Origin: Lama guanicoe | Taxonomy: Eukaryota | Assembly: GCA_013239625.1 (NCBI GenBank) | Contig: MU054338.1 | Coordinates: 1,366,001-1,430,000, forward strand | DNA: 64,000 bases | Direction of reading: 5' to 3' | Shown: one piece after another, positions 28,173 through 42,900 of the stretch | Position numbering within the stretch: the stretch's first letter is position 1 | Layout of the letters: every line of letters starts with the position of its first letter | Program-made: the position numbers and the translations under genes | The notes under the pieces: model-generated | What the model saw: the letters and a program-made list of their open reading frames with translations, nothing else | Told to the model about the DNA's origin: nothing | The model's database searches: none

Positions 28173-29591
28173 TCAGGGGACAGCAAGGATGGGCCGTGGG
28201 CAGAGGTCCCGGGGGCATCATGGGCCCTGGGAGCATCTGGGAGGGGGCGGCTCCCAGTCCATGCCTGCCTCATCAGCGGTGTGCCCTGCCGGCCTCGGGT
28301 GAGGACAGATCAAGGCCGGGGAGCCGCCAGGGCGCGCGCCCCCACCACCCGGGTCGCCCAGGTGTCTGTGAATGACACTCCCGCACCCTGGCCCCCAGTG
28401 CTCAATCTGCAAATGCAAGGATGGACTCCGAGCCAGACTGAGGTCTCGGACTGCGTCTCCCCTGCAGTCCTCGGGGAGAAAGCCCCGCACCATCTCTCGA
28501 CCAAATTGTTTCCTTCCCTCCCGGTTTTACACCTCCTTCAGCCTGATGGCCAGAGCCCCCGAAAGCCTCCAACCGCACCCAGAAGAGACTTCTTCCCGGA
28601 AGGAGGAGCCTGCCCCCAGGCTTTCCCCACACCTGGTCCCGGCACAAGGGCTGGCCCTGCTGTCTTGGGTCACCCGCTCTGAGCAGGACCCTGAGGCCCC
28701 TCGGGTCCCTCAAGTGGACGCCATCAGGGTGCCCCTCCCAGCCCCACAACCTTCCGGCCCTTCGTCGACCAAATGACCTGGAGGGAAGAACTTCCAACGC
28801 CCTGCCAGCACCTTGTAGCAGAAGCACCCTTAAAACGCCGGCTGCGCTAGGCCAGGAATAGGGCGCCCCCCCCAGCTGTCAGACGTGAGCCACAGGGACC
28901 ACTCGAGCCCCATTCAGGGGCCCTAACCCCAGGGGAGGAGGGCCCTGGGTGCGGGTCAGTGGCCACGGGTGTGCCCAGCGGCCCGAGCCTATGCAGCCAC
29001 CTGTGCGGCTGCTCCCAGGTCTGAGCGCTCCGGACGAGGAGCGAGCACAGGGCCCTTCTTTTTACAGCAGCAGGTGCTAGTCTTCGAACGGGGTGGAGGT
29101 GGGCAGTGAAGGGAAGAGGACGGGGGCTGACCGAGGCCGGGAGCCTGCCGAGGGCCCCACAGGCAGGAGCACGGAAGGCTGGCAAGAAGAACTCCAGGCA
29201 CGCATTCCAGACGCAGCCTCGCCCTCCCCCCCACAGGACTCTCCACAGAGAACCCGGACGTGCCTGCAGGAGACTGTGAGGAGCAGCCCAGCCAAGCGGG
29301 CCCAGGCCAGGGCTGGGCAGGGCCCGCAGCGCCAGCAGCCACCTGCTGTGGAGACAGCGGCTGCAGGGACAGCGGCTCCGAACTTGGGGTAGTTTCGCAC
29401 ATTCCAGCCCCAGTTTCCGCCCCTTCCAGTTATGTCCTCACTCTGACAGCCGCTGCCAATATTTGATAAACATTTCCGACCAAAATAACTCCACGCAGGC
29501 TGCAGCCAAATCGAAAAGGAAGTTTCCCACCCGCCTGCGCCGTTGAGGAAGATCTAATCATAGGCTGCGTCCCCCCAGGGGAAGCAGCTCA

Positions 29592-29699
<108 letters not shown>

Positions 29700-29939
29700 T
29701 TAGTGCTCTCTGTTACCACCCTCAGCACCGTTCTTAAACACTGTTCACTCCCCAGACACAGAAACAAAACATCCTCGTTATTCGGCTCAAAACGTGAAGG
29801 AGGGAAGGGAGGCATTGCTTCAAGACAACCGCTGTCTTGCTTACGGTGCTGTTGGCATGACTCACACAAGCTTTACGTTGCTTCAAGTTCAAACAACGTT
29901 GGCTGTTGGGAGCTAAACAGACTTACATGTTCCCGGTCT

Positions 29940-32250
29940 AGGAAACCAATCAGCTCAAATCAGAGAGTTTGAAAAGCAATGTTATCCATCAGAAATGAAA
30001 GGGAACTGCTATTTGAAGAATGAACTAACGCCAAGACAAACACTGGGGTTACTTCAACAAATGCTGCAAGGAAGAAAAAGAGATGGCGGGGGAACCCGCA
30101 GACTGCAAGACAGAAAAATACACCCACCCGTCCCAAGGTGTGACCCTGCTCAGACCCTGACACGATCTAGAGAAGAATCGCGAACAGGAGTCATCACACA
30201 GCTCTCGCGGGGATAAAAGGAGAATAAGGGGCGTCATGAAAAACGGCCTGTCAGTAAATGCGACAACTTAGGAGAAACGGACAAACTCCTTGGAGACACA
30301 AATCGCCAAAGCTGACACCAGAAGAAGCAGAGTATCTGAACAGCCCTACACCTGTGACAGAGCTCGGCCTCCCGAATGCCTTCCACAAAGCAGCTCCAAG
30401 CCCAGACGGCTTCACTGCTGAACTCCACCAGTCACTGGAGAATCACACTGGCCCCTCGCAGTTTTGTGAGGCCAGCGTTCCCCTGACACCAAAGCCAGAG
30501 AAGGGCAAAGCCTTGTAAAGTGAAAGTCACCACAGGCAAGGAGATCTACAGACAGTATCCCCCACGAACACAGGCACAAACCCCTTAGAAGTATCAGCAA
30601 ACTAAAGTCAGCGAGACGCCTTGTTCACGTGAGTTTACCCCAGCAATGACAAGTTGCCTGACATTCTAAAGCGAGTCACAGTAATTCGCCTCATTAAGAG
30701 ATAAAGGAGAGAAAAATCACACGATCTTCTCAACAGAGACCCAGGACGCCCAGGACAAGATGCAGCTCCTATCCGTGACACACACTCAGGACCCCGGAGA
30801 CCGGAGGAGGGGCGACGCGGCGGGCTGCTGCGGGCAGTCTCTGCTGTGCCTGCTGCCGCCTCCGGCTCTCCGGAGACGGGGGCCTTAGGAAGGAGGAGGC
30901 GATGCTCCCCGGCCCGCCGGAGTTCCCGTGTCCCTGGCAGTCCCCTCATCCCAGGCCCCTCCAAACATGCATGAGGGCCAGAGCCACCGGTGGGCCGGCA
31001 CTCCCACCTCCCTTGTGGTCTGGCTCCTCCCCCTGTGAGGCCCGGCCCAGCCTCCACGTGTTGCCCCCCTCCCGGGTCCCTGAGTCTCTCCACCTCAGCC
31101 TTCAGAGCCAGCACCTTCACTGCCAGCCAGCGCGTCTCACGGTGACTTCTCTGCTCAGCACACACTTTCTGCCAGGAGCCCGCACCCGGAAAACAGAGGC
31201 CCCACAGCCCACACCAAACTGGCGGTATGAGCCCAGGCCCCCAAGGTGGGGACGGGTGGGGATGGGTGGGGACCGCAGACATCTGCCATAGGCCCTGGCC
31301 AGCACCACACGGCAGGAAAAAAGAACGGACGGCAGAGAGGCTGGGAAGGAGGACGCAAAACTGTCTCTGTGCGCAGACACGAACACCAACCCCCCCAAGG
31401 AATTCAGAGAAGTTACCAGAACTCGTGTGAATTCTGGTCACGTGAAGCAAGGTCACAGGACCCGAGGTCAACTGTATTTATAAATACCAGCAACAAAGAA
31501 CTTAAAAAAATAAAAATTTCATATGCTACTTAAAATAACGCTAAAGTACACACACTTGGGGATAATTCTAGTGAAAGAGGTGCCAGACTTCTACGCTGAA
31601 AACCGTCAGACACTGCTGAGAAAAATGAAAGGCCACGTACGGAAGCCCGTGCGCGCAGGAGGTGCGGCCAGGCGCCGCTGCACCTCCTTCTCAAGCTGGG
31701 CGGCGCGAGGAGCCCACCGGCGGCCCAGCGCACTCTCCTGGAGAAGCACCAAGCTGGTTCTCAGAGTGACGCACGAAGGCAGAGAACCTAGAACTGCTAA
31801 AACAATCTCTAAAAATACCAGCACTACTGCGAGGCCCACACCACCTGCAAGACGGACTGTGAGTCTGCAGGGAGCGAGACAGTGCAGCGCTGGCAGACAG
31901 GCAGCACGCACACCACCGGCACAGGACAGGAGCCCAGAGACAGGCAGTTCTAACACCTGACTTTTGACCAAAGCACCAAGGCAACGGGATGGGGAAAGGA
32001 ATGTCTTTTACAAGTGAGGCTGGAACAACTGAATCTTGACCCCACAAACACAAGCCCATATCAGACGCAGACCAAGATTAATTCACCATTGATCTTAAAC
32101 CTGGACGTAAAAGCTAAAACCACAAAGCTTCTCAAAGAAACAAGAGAGTAACCCGTGACTCCTGCAGGCAGAGGTTTCCTGGACGTGACCCAGGCAGCGA
32201 ACCGTCAAAGGGTGAACCGACGGCTGAAGAACCTGTGCTCATCAGGCTGC
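29940..32250 (+). mobile_element. Fragmented old LINE-1 ORF2 relics in intron 2 (interrupted about 30800-31340)
   Basis: L1 ORF2 motifs ccagacggcttcactgctgaactccacca, ccctgacaccaaagccaga, tgacttttgaccaaag, gtaaaagctaaaac. Confidence 0.7.
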
Positions 32251-33149
32251 CGTCAAGCCAAGGCCGTGGTCAGCGGCGCCCTGCAGAGCGCGCCCCCTTC
32301 ACCCTGCACTCACCGCCAGAGTGTGCTGGGAACCCCGACCACTCAGGACGAAGACACACGAGCCCATCTCACAAACCAGCACAAACTCTTCTCCAGGGCA
32401 AGAAACCGCAGCTCTCTGCAGGGGGCCGACTCTTGGGCTGGGACACGGGAAACTCAAGACGACTCTGGAGCTTCCAGAAAGTGAGGATGTGCTCAGAACC
32501 GGCAGGGCCAAGTCCAAGGGACTCAGGACAGACCGCCAGCACAAGAACAACCCGAGCAGCAGAACAGACCACACGGGAGGGGGTTACAGCCCACAGAAGC
32601 GGGTGAATGCCTCGGAGGCGGCGAGAGCTCCTCCTCACAGAGGAGCTCCAATCAGTAAGTGGGGGAGAAGGAGGGGGACGGAGAATCACCCCAGGAACTG
32701 GTTCTCACAGGTAAGACCCACCTCTGGACGCTAAAATCAGTGGCAAAGGTCTGAGGAGAAATAGGACATCTGCACGGCCTCCAAGCATTCCCCCCGAGAT
32801 TTTTATTTGTTAAAAAGGGGGAAACAGTGTCTCTGACACTGGAGAAGCCTGAGAGACACCAGCTTCACCAGGTGACACATGTTACCGCCTCGGTCGGGCT
32901 GCGCCGAGAGCACGCACCAGGAAGCATGCTTTCTTGTCAAACTTCTGCACCCTTCCCTACCATCTGGAAGCAGACCATGGACATGACGTTTCCTCCGTAA
33001 GTGTTTACAATAAAAAGGATGGCCTTTCCTTTCTTTCTTTTTTTTTTACCATAACTATGACACCTGCATCACACCAAGGGAAAACAAGGTCAGAATGGCA
33101 GGGGATGTCCCCAAACCCACACTGGGCACCCACGGAGAACCCACAGCTA

Positions 33150-34900
33150 ACGCCACCTCAACGGCGAAAGACTGAATCTTTCCCCCTGAGACGAGGGACA
33201 GGCGAGAATGCCAGCTTCCGTCACGTCGCTGCAAAACTATCTGGACAGTCCCAGCCTAATCAGTCAGAAATTCAAGAAAAAGAAAGGAAATCCCAAAGTC
33301 TAGAAAGGAAGAAGTCAGGCTGTCCCCACTTACGGGACATAATTATTTACACAGAAAGTCCCAGGAAATCTACAAAACTACTGATGAACTAAGCACAAGG
33401 TCACGGCTAACATGAAAAAATCAACTGTGTTTTCACTGACAAGCAGCAGGCAAAGAGAACATAGTATTTAACACTCAATCCCACTTACAGTAGCACCAAA
33501 AGCACCAATGAGTTAGGAATAAATTTAAGAAAAGGTTGTCCCAGATGCTCCACACTGCAACCCAGAGCACTGCTGGGAGAAACGTGGAAAGGTCTAAGTC
33601 AGTAGAAAGATATACTATGTTCATGGATTGGAAGACTCAATACTGACAGCAAATCTCCCCAAAATGACCTATGGATTCAATGCAATTTCTAACAAAATTG
33701 TGCAAAAATCAACAAGCCAATTCTAAAATTTACTGGAAATGCAAAGAAAGTGGAATAACCAAGGCAATACTTAAAAAGCAGAATGAAGATGGAGGACTTA
33801 CTCTGCCTGATTCCAAAGCTTACCGTGAGGCTGTGGTAACCAAGGTTTTGTACTGTCCAAAGGACAGAGCCACGGGTCAGGAGCACAGAAATACACCAAC
33901 TCATCCAGTGTCCACTGATTTTTCACAAAGGTGACAAAGAAATTCCACAGAGAAAGGACAGTTTCATCAACAAATGGTGCTGAAACTACGGGACATCCTT
34001 ATGCAAAACAATAAACTTCAGCCCATGCTCTGCACCACATGCAAACGTTCACTGGAAATGGATGAAGACGTAAATGTAAAATCTAAACTATAAAAAGTCC
34101 AAAAAACACAGGAGGAAACCTTTGCAACCTTGTGTTAAGTGAACATTTCTTAGTAGGCGAAAAAAACACAAAGTATAAGAGAAGAGTTGATAAAATGAAC
34201 TTTTATCAAAACTTAAGACGGCTGCTCTTTAAAAGACAGTGTTAAGAACGTGAAGAGACAAGCCACAGACCAGAAGAAAATGTTTGCAAAACACATACTG
34301 GGTAAAGGATGAGCCAGAATGATAAAGAATCCTCAAAATTCTATAATTAAAAAACAACCACATTTTAAAAACAGGCAAAAGAAGTTGAATGTCATTAGTC
34401 ATTAAGAAAACTCGCATTAACACCACAACGACACTGCCGCACGACTCAAATCAGACCAGCAGAAGCCAGCCGGCCACGTAACCTGCTGCCACGTCACCTG
34501 ACACCATGTCACTGGTGGGTGGCAGAGCTGGGCTCTTGGGAGCTGCTGCCTGCGGGCAAAATGGGGCAGCCCCTCAGAAGACACCTTGTCAGCTTCTCTT
34601 CAAGCACAACCCACAATCCCAGTCCTGGGTCTTTACCCACGAGAAAGGAAGACGTGTCCACACAAAAACCTCTGCGGGGACATTTACACAGCGTTTTCTG
34701 TGATTGCCAAAACTCGAAAACCACCCATACACATCCGTCACCCGATGAACAGACAAACCCCCGGGGCCCATTCTGCAGCGGCGCCGGCCTCAGGAGTACA
34801 GGGGGAAACCATTCACACAAACGGAGACTCTCAAAACCACGTGCTGAGTGTGAGCACACGACGACTCCGTGCTTGTCAATTCCAGGCAATGCACTGTAAT
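33150..34900 (+). mobile_element. LINE-1 ORF2 and 3' relic
   Basis: tgttcatggattggaagactcaata and peptide KAILKKQNEDGGLTLPDSKAY. Confidence 0.82.
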
Positions 34901-36292
34901 CCAGCAACCCGCGGCGGCAGAGGGGAAGTCGGGCTGCCTGGGACAGGCGTGTGGGAGAGTGGCCGACAGGGGGCTGGCACTGGCTCCCCTCTGCTTGCAG
35001 GTAGGTGGGCCCCCTACACGCCCAGGCCAGCCAGACCGTGCGCTCGTTCCGCATGTGGAGTTTCCTGCCCTTCACCGCACGTCACCTGTGTCGTGGTGAC
35101 ACTAACGTGGAAGAGGGGCGTGGGCGGAAGTGCAGGTGAAGCAGGAGCGGCTGAGGGTCTGCGTGACGGGCACACGGGCTCATTACACCCCATCTGCTCT
35201 GTGTGCACTGGAAATTGTCCAGCATCAGGAGTAAAGCAGAAGGAGAACAGAACCACCATCTCTGTCAATGACGGAGCGCGTCTGCGGGCACGGAGGGGAG
35301 GACCGGCTGCCCGGAGACTCCAGGGGAAGGCCCGGCTGGGCAGGCCCACCGCGCGCACTGCAGGGGAAGACGGGGTGAGAGCCCCGCTGGCGGCTCAGAG
35401 GCCCGCCTCGCCACGTGCCCCGCCTCCTCACCCGCTGCCTTCTTAGAAACAAACAAAGTGTGCCAGCCCTAACCCTACCCCACCAGCCGACCGGTTTATG
35501 GACTTACACTGTGGAAAGAGAAAAGTGGACCCCAATTCTCCACGCCACCCCTGGACAGGCCCACCCTGCGAGGTCTACATAAATCACTTCACTTGGTCTT
35601 CAACACAATCCTGCAAGGAGGCCCGGCCCCACAGAAAGCAAAGCAAACAGGCTCGGGGAGGTTGAGGGTGCCCAGCTACGAGGCACCGCCAGCCCAACCA
35701 CCGCAGGTTCACACAGTTACAAGGGCATGTGGTCCAGATGGCGGCTACCCGGTCAAGGATTTCAGGGAACAATGCAGCGAGGTGCCAGGGCCAGGATCAC
35801 GCACATGGAACACATGAGGCCAGGAGCGGTCACAGAACGTGGGCAGACCCTCAGGTCCGGGCCGGGGAGAGAGCCCACTAGAAACATGGCAGGTGGCCTT
35901 CCTCCTGGCTCCCGCCCAAGGTCAGCCTCCTGGGCTCCCACACGCCTCTCCGCACACCATGGGACAGGCTCGCAGAGCAGCCCAAATCTAACAATCACAC
36001 CAAATCCAATGGGAGGAGAATAAAGCAAGGTGATGAGGGAAGAGGGGAGGGTCCCTTGAGAACCTGGCTGCTCAGGGTTTCCACCCCCTCCCTGCAAAGC
36101 CAGCTCACTAAGTACCAGGACCTGTCCAGAGCCACACTTGTGGAGGATGACTCCTCTGACCACATGGTTAGCCGTGTCCCAGTCTCCTCGAGAACACTGA
36201 TGAGGACCAGGACAGAGGAGTGGGGAGAGCCTGGCGCCTCCCCTCCCCAGGCCCCGCCCTCCCCAGGCCCACCTCACAGGTGCCACACTCAC

Positions 36293-36336
36293 CGAATGGT
36301 CTCGATGATTTCGTGAGCAGCGTCGTGGTGTTTGTC
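36293..36336 (-). CDS. DOT1L: DOT1L exon 2 (44 nt) DKHHDAAHEIIETI
   Basis: Acceptor gtctttcag|GAC, donor |gtgagt. Confidence 0.97.
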
Positions 36337-37204
36337 CTGAAAGACAATGGGACAGGGTTTAGAGCTGTCCCTCCACCCTCTGGTGATGGTGGCGACTGGA
36401 GGAAGTGGGTGCTGCAGCCTGGGCCCTTCCTGTCTCACCTCCCAAGCCCCCGCCTGGGCAGGGCCTACCGAGAGCCCACACTCCGGCACTGGGGTGCTGT
36501 CCTGGGCCCCAGCCACATGGCCCATGCTGCCTTGGGAGCGCCTGTTCCTGCAGCGCACTGCCACCCAGCAGGTAGCAAAGAAGGGGCTGGGATGCAGTCT
36601 AACCCTTCCCTCCCCAGCCCGCACCCCTGTGCCTCCGTACCCCCTGCCCTCCTGGGCTACCAAACCTCTCCAAGCCTCGGTTCCCCATCTGTGAAGGGGA
36701 AACACCAGTCATGCAGCCCCCAGGAGAGCGCATGTGGAGGTCCCCCCGCCCCAGCACAAGGTGGCTCTTGCCACCACTGCCCCCTCACCCCATGCCCGCC
36801 GCATGGTCTCGGCAGCCAGCTAACCCGACACCGCCCAGAAACCACGTTAAGACACACCACGCGGACCTTCTCTAACCTGAGACCAAGACTGTGCCTTCCG
36901 CAATGTGGGGTGGAGGGTCCCATCAGTGAGAGGAGGGGGCCGCGAAGAGGATGGGCTGGAGCCTCAAGTGAGCCGTGCAAGCCAGAGCTGCCAGCCCTGC
37001 CCTGTGACAGCGGGCACACCTCTGAACCCAGGCCACCACTTTCAGGACTTCACAAGGGAGGACAGCAACACGGGCAGAGCTCCCCGGGGGCCAGGGAGAG
37101 GGTGCCCGGCAGGGTCCCAGGACAGAGCCCACAGCCCAGCACCCCTCAGCAGGGTCAAACAACTCCACAAACACCTTCTGTGCCCTAAGCCTTGTATCTG
37201 TCAC

Positions 37205-37480
37205 AGCAGTTCTACTGAGATACAATTCACATAGACTGGAGCCCGTGTCCCTCTTTCAAGGTGTATAATTCAGTGGGTTTTAGTCCGTTCAAAGCCATGT
37301 AACCATCACTCTGTCTAATTCCAGAATACTCCATCACCCCAGAAGGAAGCCCTGTCCCCATCAGAAGGCGTGCCCGACCCGTCTCCAGCCCCGACAGCAC
37401 TGATCCACTCTCTGCCTCTGTGGATGTGGCTGTTCTGGACATTTCATGTAAATGCAATTATAGTATGTGACCTTTTGCCC
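37205..37480 (-). mobile_element. L1M 3' end fragment
   Basis: tgagatacaattcacata...aaggtgtataattcagtgggttttagt...ttctggacatttcatgtaaatg. Confidence 0.75.
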
Positions 37481-37679
37481 AAAATCTTATTTTTTAAGGC
37501 GAAGAAAACCCCAACCTCCTACTATTCTTAATAACATCCTCCAACTTACTGAGGACCAAGCAGTAACTATTAATTGAACCTGATACTTAGACAAGGCAGG
37601 GGCAAGAGATGGAGCGTGTGTGGTCCAGCACGCAGATCAGCAGATCAGCGGTTCCCGACCCACAGCATCAGCACCACTG

Positions 37680-38240
37680 CGGACACCAAAACCGCGTGGG
37701 AAGAACCACCGACAGGAACAGTCAGCCCCAACACCTCACAGCAAATGGCAAAAGACCGCAGGGACAGCTGGGTCGGGAAAATGGCTTGGCAGTTCCTTGA
37801 AGGTTAGACAGAGAGTCACCATATGAGACAGCAGTGCCTCCCCGGGCATCATCCAAGAAAAATGAGAACATGTGGCCACACAAACCATCCTCTGAGAGCA
37901 GCCCTGACACCCGTTACCCCGTGGACGGACCCTGAGAGCACGGTGCTCAGGGAGAGAAGCAGACACAGGAGGACACACAGTGTGCGAGTCCATGGACGTG
38001 AGGCGTCCAGAACAGGCCAGTCCCCAGACCCAGGGAGGGGGCTCCTGGCTGTCAGGGGCTGGGGGATGGAGACGGGCGACTGCTGATGGGATGGGGTTTC
38101 CTCTTGCGGTGAGGGAATGTTCTAACACTGGCAGTCGTGATAACTGCATTCAGTGAACATACTACAAGCCAGAGAATTGCACAATTTAAGAGGACACGTT
38201 GTATAGCATGGGGATTGTACCTCAAAAAGGCTATTAATCG
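37680..38240 (+). mobile_element. L1M 3' relic carrying the shared GC-rich core (37894-38066)
   Basis: Core matches the 8468 and 39587 copies; L1 3' flanks on both sides. Confidence 0.8.
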
Positions 38241-39544
38241 ACAATGAAATCTACAGCAGTAAATGTCCCATCATCACAAGCACCCCCACCCTGGGAGGCA
38301 CACACTGAGTGCACAAGACACGCACGTGACTGTTACTGGTCAGCAACGCACAGCGAGTCCAGATACACAGTCTGGGTAGGGTTCACTCGGCTCCCGCACC
38401 CACCAGCCCAGCAAGAGCAGAGAAGACACTGAGCTGTGCTGCAAAGTCCACTGAAGACAAACTCTCACAGCAAAAGAGAGGCCACACAACCAAACAAATG
38501 CAGAGCAAACACACAAGCAGAAGACACCGGGGGCCGGAGAGGGGCTTCTCCAGCGAGCACCCGCGACGCTCGCACCAGAGCCGGGGCTGAGAGCACAGCT
38601 GCAGGAGCAGCCTGGCTCCCTCCGCCACCCCCGCGGCCCTCCCCGAAAGGCCAGGCTTCGTGTTGCCAGCTCTGACCCGCGAGAGACAAACCCGGCTGGT
38701 GGCGGGACAGAGCCAGACCTGCGCTGCAGGGAAATGTCAACACAGGGAAGAAGTGTGAGGATGCCACCAGGTGGAAGTCCAGCTGGAGGAGGAAGACAGG
38801 ACAGAGACAGGCGAGCTGCTGCAGGGCATGGTGGGCCCGCGGCACAAACATGGTCCTGTGCGGCCCCCCACACTGCGCTGTGGGCCCCAATGACTAGGTC
38901 CGAGGAGGGAGGCTCCATGAGGGAGGGGGTGGACAGTGGCCCCCGGCCACCCAGGACGAGGGGCACCTGACAGGCATTGCCCTGTGCCCAGGTCCACAGG
39001 CCACAGGAGCCAGCCTGCAGCAGAACCGGGCCAGGCAGCCGTCCCTTCAGAAGAAGGGCACTTGTGTCCACACAGGACAGGAAAGCTGCTGGATGGCTCC
39101 AGGGTTGACAAGAAAATTGCAGCTGCTGGAATAAAACCTAGCCCCCCTGCAACAGTGCAAGCTGCCCAGACCCCAGGGGGCCGCCTCCAGCACCAAGAGC
39201 CAGGCGTGGGGGTCCGAACAGAGGGGTGCCGGGACAGGGGCACGATGACCAAGAGTTCACCAGCACAGCTTTCCCTGCCCTCATCAAACAAAGTGCCTTA
39301 CTGCCACAGACCCGTCCAGCCTGAGGCCAATGCCGGGGCCGGGGCGGGAGGAGCACGGGCAGGCGTGCAGGAGGGCGTGCCAAGCGTTCCACCAGCACCA
39401 AGGTCTGGAGAGCCGCGCGCTGTGCGCTCCTCCTGTCCTCCCCTCCAGCAGGGGCGCGCCATCGGCACACCAGCTCACCTGGGGCCACCCACCCCAGCAC
39501 AAAGGCACAGGAAGGCCTCTGCAGGGGCCTCAAGATCCCCCGAC

Positions 39545-39940
39545 CCAGCCCCTCCACACATGGGAACACGACTCAGCCGTGACCAGGAGAGCAGCACTGA
39601 CACCTGCTGCCCCGTGGACGGACCCTGAGAGCACGACGCTCAGGGAGAGAAGCAGACACAGAAGGACACACAGTGTGTGAGTCCATGGATGTGAAATGTC
39701 CAGAACAGGCCAGTCCCCAGACACAGGGAGGGGGCTCCTGGTCGTCAGGGGCTGGGGGTGGGGGCTGGGGTGACTGCTGATGGGGATGTGGTTCCTTTGG
39801 GGGTGATGGAATGTTCTGGAATTAGATGACTGCACAGTTCTGTGAATACAGTAAAAGCCATTAAACTGCACACTTTATACGTGTCATTGTGTGGTGTGTG
39901 AATATCTCGACAAAGCTGTTACTTAAAAAAAACACAAAAA
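39545..39940 (+). mobile_element. L1M 3' relic carrying the shared GC-rich core (39587-39759), A-rich tail
   Basis: Core about 91% identical to the 37894 copy by hand count; ends ...acttaaaaaaaacacaaaaa. Confidence 0.8.
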
Positions 39941-42900
39941 CCACAAGACCCAGCCAGGCTCCTCCGCCCTCACTGACTGCCCTCCCCTTGTCCAGCCCCT
40001 TCACCTGGTGCCACCCCCAGACTGGCGGTGGGGGGAGCGCACGGAGCAGACGCCGGGGAGCCAAGAGCAGACCAGGGGGAATGATCTCCACCACGAAGAG
40101 ACTCCAGTCACCACCACTCCACAACGTGGAGGTCCTTCCCAAGAGGCCGCACTGAGTCCCACGACTCCCACCACCCCTGCAGGCACCAGCCTCTGTCAGA
40201 CCCCCCCCCAGTGCACAGCCTGCAAAGCCCCTTCCCCACCAGGGAAGCACCGTCGGGTTTCTGGACAAGTGTTTTCAGGGGTAACAGCTCTCACGTGTCG
40301 GACACCGGGGAGCATCTGGCAAGACAACCGTGCTTTCCGGGCATCAGCCACGCACCCCTAACTAACCAAGGGGGCTCAAACTGAAGCCCTCTAGGGATGA
40401 GGACACAATGACCTGCAGAGACCCGACCTCCCGACCGCAGGCCACAGACCCCACGAGACGGCAGCCCTGCTAGCAGCACCCAGGTGTCGCGGTCAGGAGG
40501 AGAGATGGGTCCAACATGGGGTGCGAAGGGAAGAGCCCACGGGCCAGGCATCCCCGCGGTGGACATGGGCGGGGTGAGTGAGGCCCTGCAGAGACACCGG
40601 GGGTCCTTGGTGAAGACCCTGGGGCAGACTCAACGCCATGGGAGGGCATGGGCCAGCAGGAGACCCGGCTGGTGGGAATGGCAGGGACAGCTTGAAGGGA
40701 CAGAGAAGACGCCAAAGAGACTTCCAGGCAACGCCCTGAGTGGGAGAAAAGGAACAGGACTGTCACCCCACAGCCAGGGGACAAGGCACACCCACGGGGA
40801 AGAGAGCAGTCAGGAAGAACGAGGGAAAAGAGGAGTTTCCTAGGAGACAAGCACAGGGTCAGGACCCAGGGACGCACAGACACAGCTGGTCACACCCTGC
40901 AGGGCCTCACGTTCAAAAGGGGACCCCAAGACACAGCATGCCTTGACCGTACCATAACACCAAGGACGTAATTTTATCGCTCTGTGGTTTTGTAAGATGC
41001 CACCCTTGGGAGAAACGGAGTAAACACAGTATGAGATGTCTGTTATTTCTTACGGCTACGCAGTAATCTATGATTTTTTCAAAATAAAAACTTTAATTAA
41101 GAAAACAAGGATGGAGCTCCCAGAGGGAGACCTGAGGGCGGAACCCCTGCAGCTCTGCCACCGTCTCCCTAATGAGTATCCAAGTCTGGGGCCACCCCCG
41201 GCCCCTCCCACCAGGAACAGAGAACACAGCCGGCATTGGGATCTCAGGGATCTTAGGGACCAAAGCAGGAAAGATAACCGCCACAGACGGAATGCCAGGC
41301 TTCTCCTTCCCCTTTTAAAGTGGCTACTCCACCCGCAGAAAGTCGTCAAAGGGTTAACCTGCCTTCCACCTGAGCTAGGATTAGGCAGGACTCACACATG
41401 AGAAGTCAGATCAGAAAATACTTTCTGAGTCACAGGGAGGGATGGCTCACCCCGCCGCCCACTTGAGCGACTACTCACAGCCGAGTTAAGGGCACGACTG
41501 CTCAGCGGGCATTCATCAACAGCTCGTGGACTCTCAGGAGGAAGCCGGAGGCGGGGACAGTCATGCTGGGGCTGCTCCACGCCCACGGCCCCAGTGAGTC
41601 ATGGAGGAGAAGGATCGCCGCATGCCCACCAGGCAACCAGAGATACCACCTGCTCCCTTCCGAGCTGAGACCCAGTTTTCCCACCGAAAGAAGGGCCACC
41701 CTACTTTAGAAATGCCACCGTCAGCTACAGGTGGATATCCGGGAACTCTCAGTCACAGAAGGAACAAAACTCATCCTGCACCCCACCCTCTGATTCGTCA
41801 GTTGCGCAAAAGCCTGTTTCTGACGCTGGACATTTCCGTGTGTGGACGGTTGTGGCTGTTTGCACTTCCTTCTGTGGATGTCCCCTCCTCGAGAAGCCAC
41901 CCACACCTCCCCCGGGGCCAATCTGGCAGTCCCTCCCTCCAGGACCTCGGCTGACCCCATGTACACCGCACCACACCTCTGCTGCACTTCTCAGCTTACA
42001 GATCACCTACAGTCCTTCGTTCACATGTTTCTTGAGAATAAGAATATTGTCTACTGTCCCCAGTGCCCCCTGGAATACTATAAATATTTGGGAGGTGCTT
42101 GCAGAATGAATGAATCAATGAACAAACAAGCTCAGTCATTTCAAATGTGTGGTCACATGAGTAACCTGACCTTCTGAAAAGCTAAGCTGCTCAAAGTAGT
42201 CCATTTTCTTAAGGTAGTCACCATCGAGTCATCACGAAATACGATTTCTTATAAAGTACTGCCCCCTCATTTCCCGTGAGAAAGCAAAATTCCTGAGTGG
42301 GGACCCGGAAGGGGAGCAACCGTCACTGCAAAGCTTTAGGGAGGCTGCGGCTTGCTGAGTGCTTCCCGGGGCCCTGGTGGCGGGACCAGCTGCTGACGTC
42401 AGGCACGGCACCCGGCCAGGCAGGCAGCACAGCCCGCGCCCTGCCAAGGGCAGTCCGGCCAGCACGGGAAAGACACTCCACAGTTCAGAACCGTCTGCCA
42501 CTAGAAAGCCAGGTCCCAAGAGGGCCTGGACACACAGGCCTTACTTACAAGGGTTACAAACCTCTGAGGCCTTGTCCCGCCCCGAATAAAAGACGGTCAT
42601 GGGGACAACACGACGATCTCCAGATGAATTTTCATCTTACTCTCAAGTGCCTGAGTGCTGGGTCACAGCACATTTCTAAACGCTTCCAATACTCAAAAAT
42701 ATCAACTTCCAAGATGCAGAAGTGCTGTTAAACGCACACTTAGCACACACCCCCGTCCTACTCCTGCATCTTTCCCAAGTGAAGTGGAAATCCAAGTTCA
42801 CATGGAAACCTGCCCTAAGATGTTTACAGCCCCTTTATTCCTGGCCCCCTCAAAACTGGACACATCCCTCAAGTCGTGCCACCCGCAGGGAAATGGACCA

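Noticed and set aside
35466..35482. Telomere-like ccctaaccctacc
   Set aside because: Only about two units; chance level.
29940..39940. Most intronic L1 relics lie antisense to DOT1L
   Set aside because: Antisense bias of intronic L1s is well established, so it is not new.
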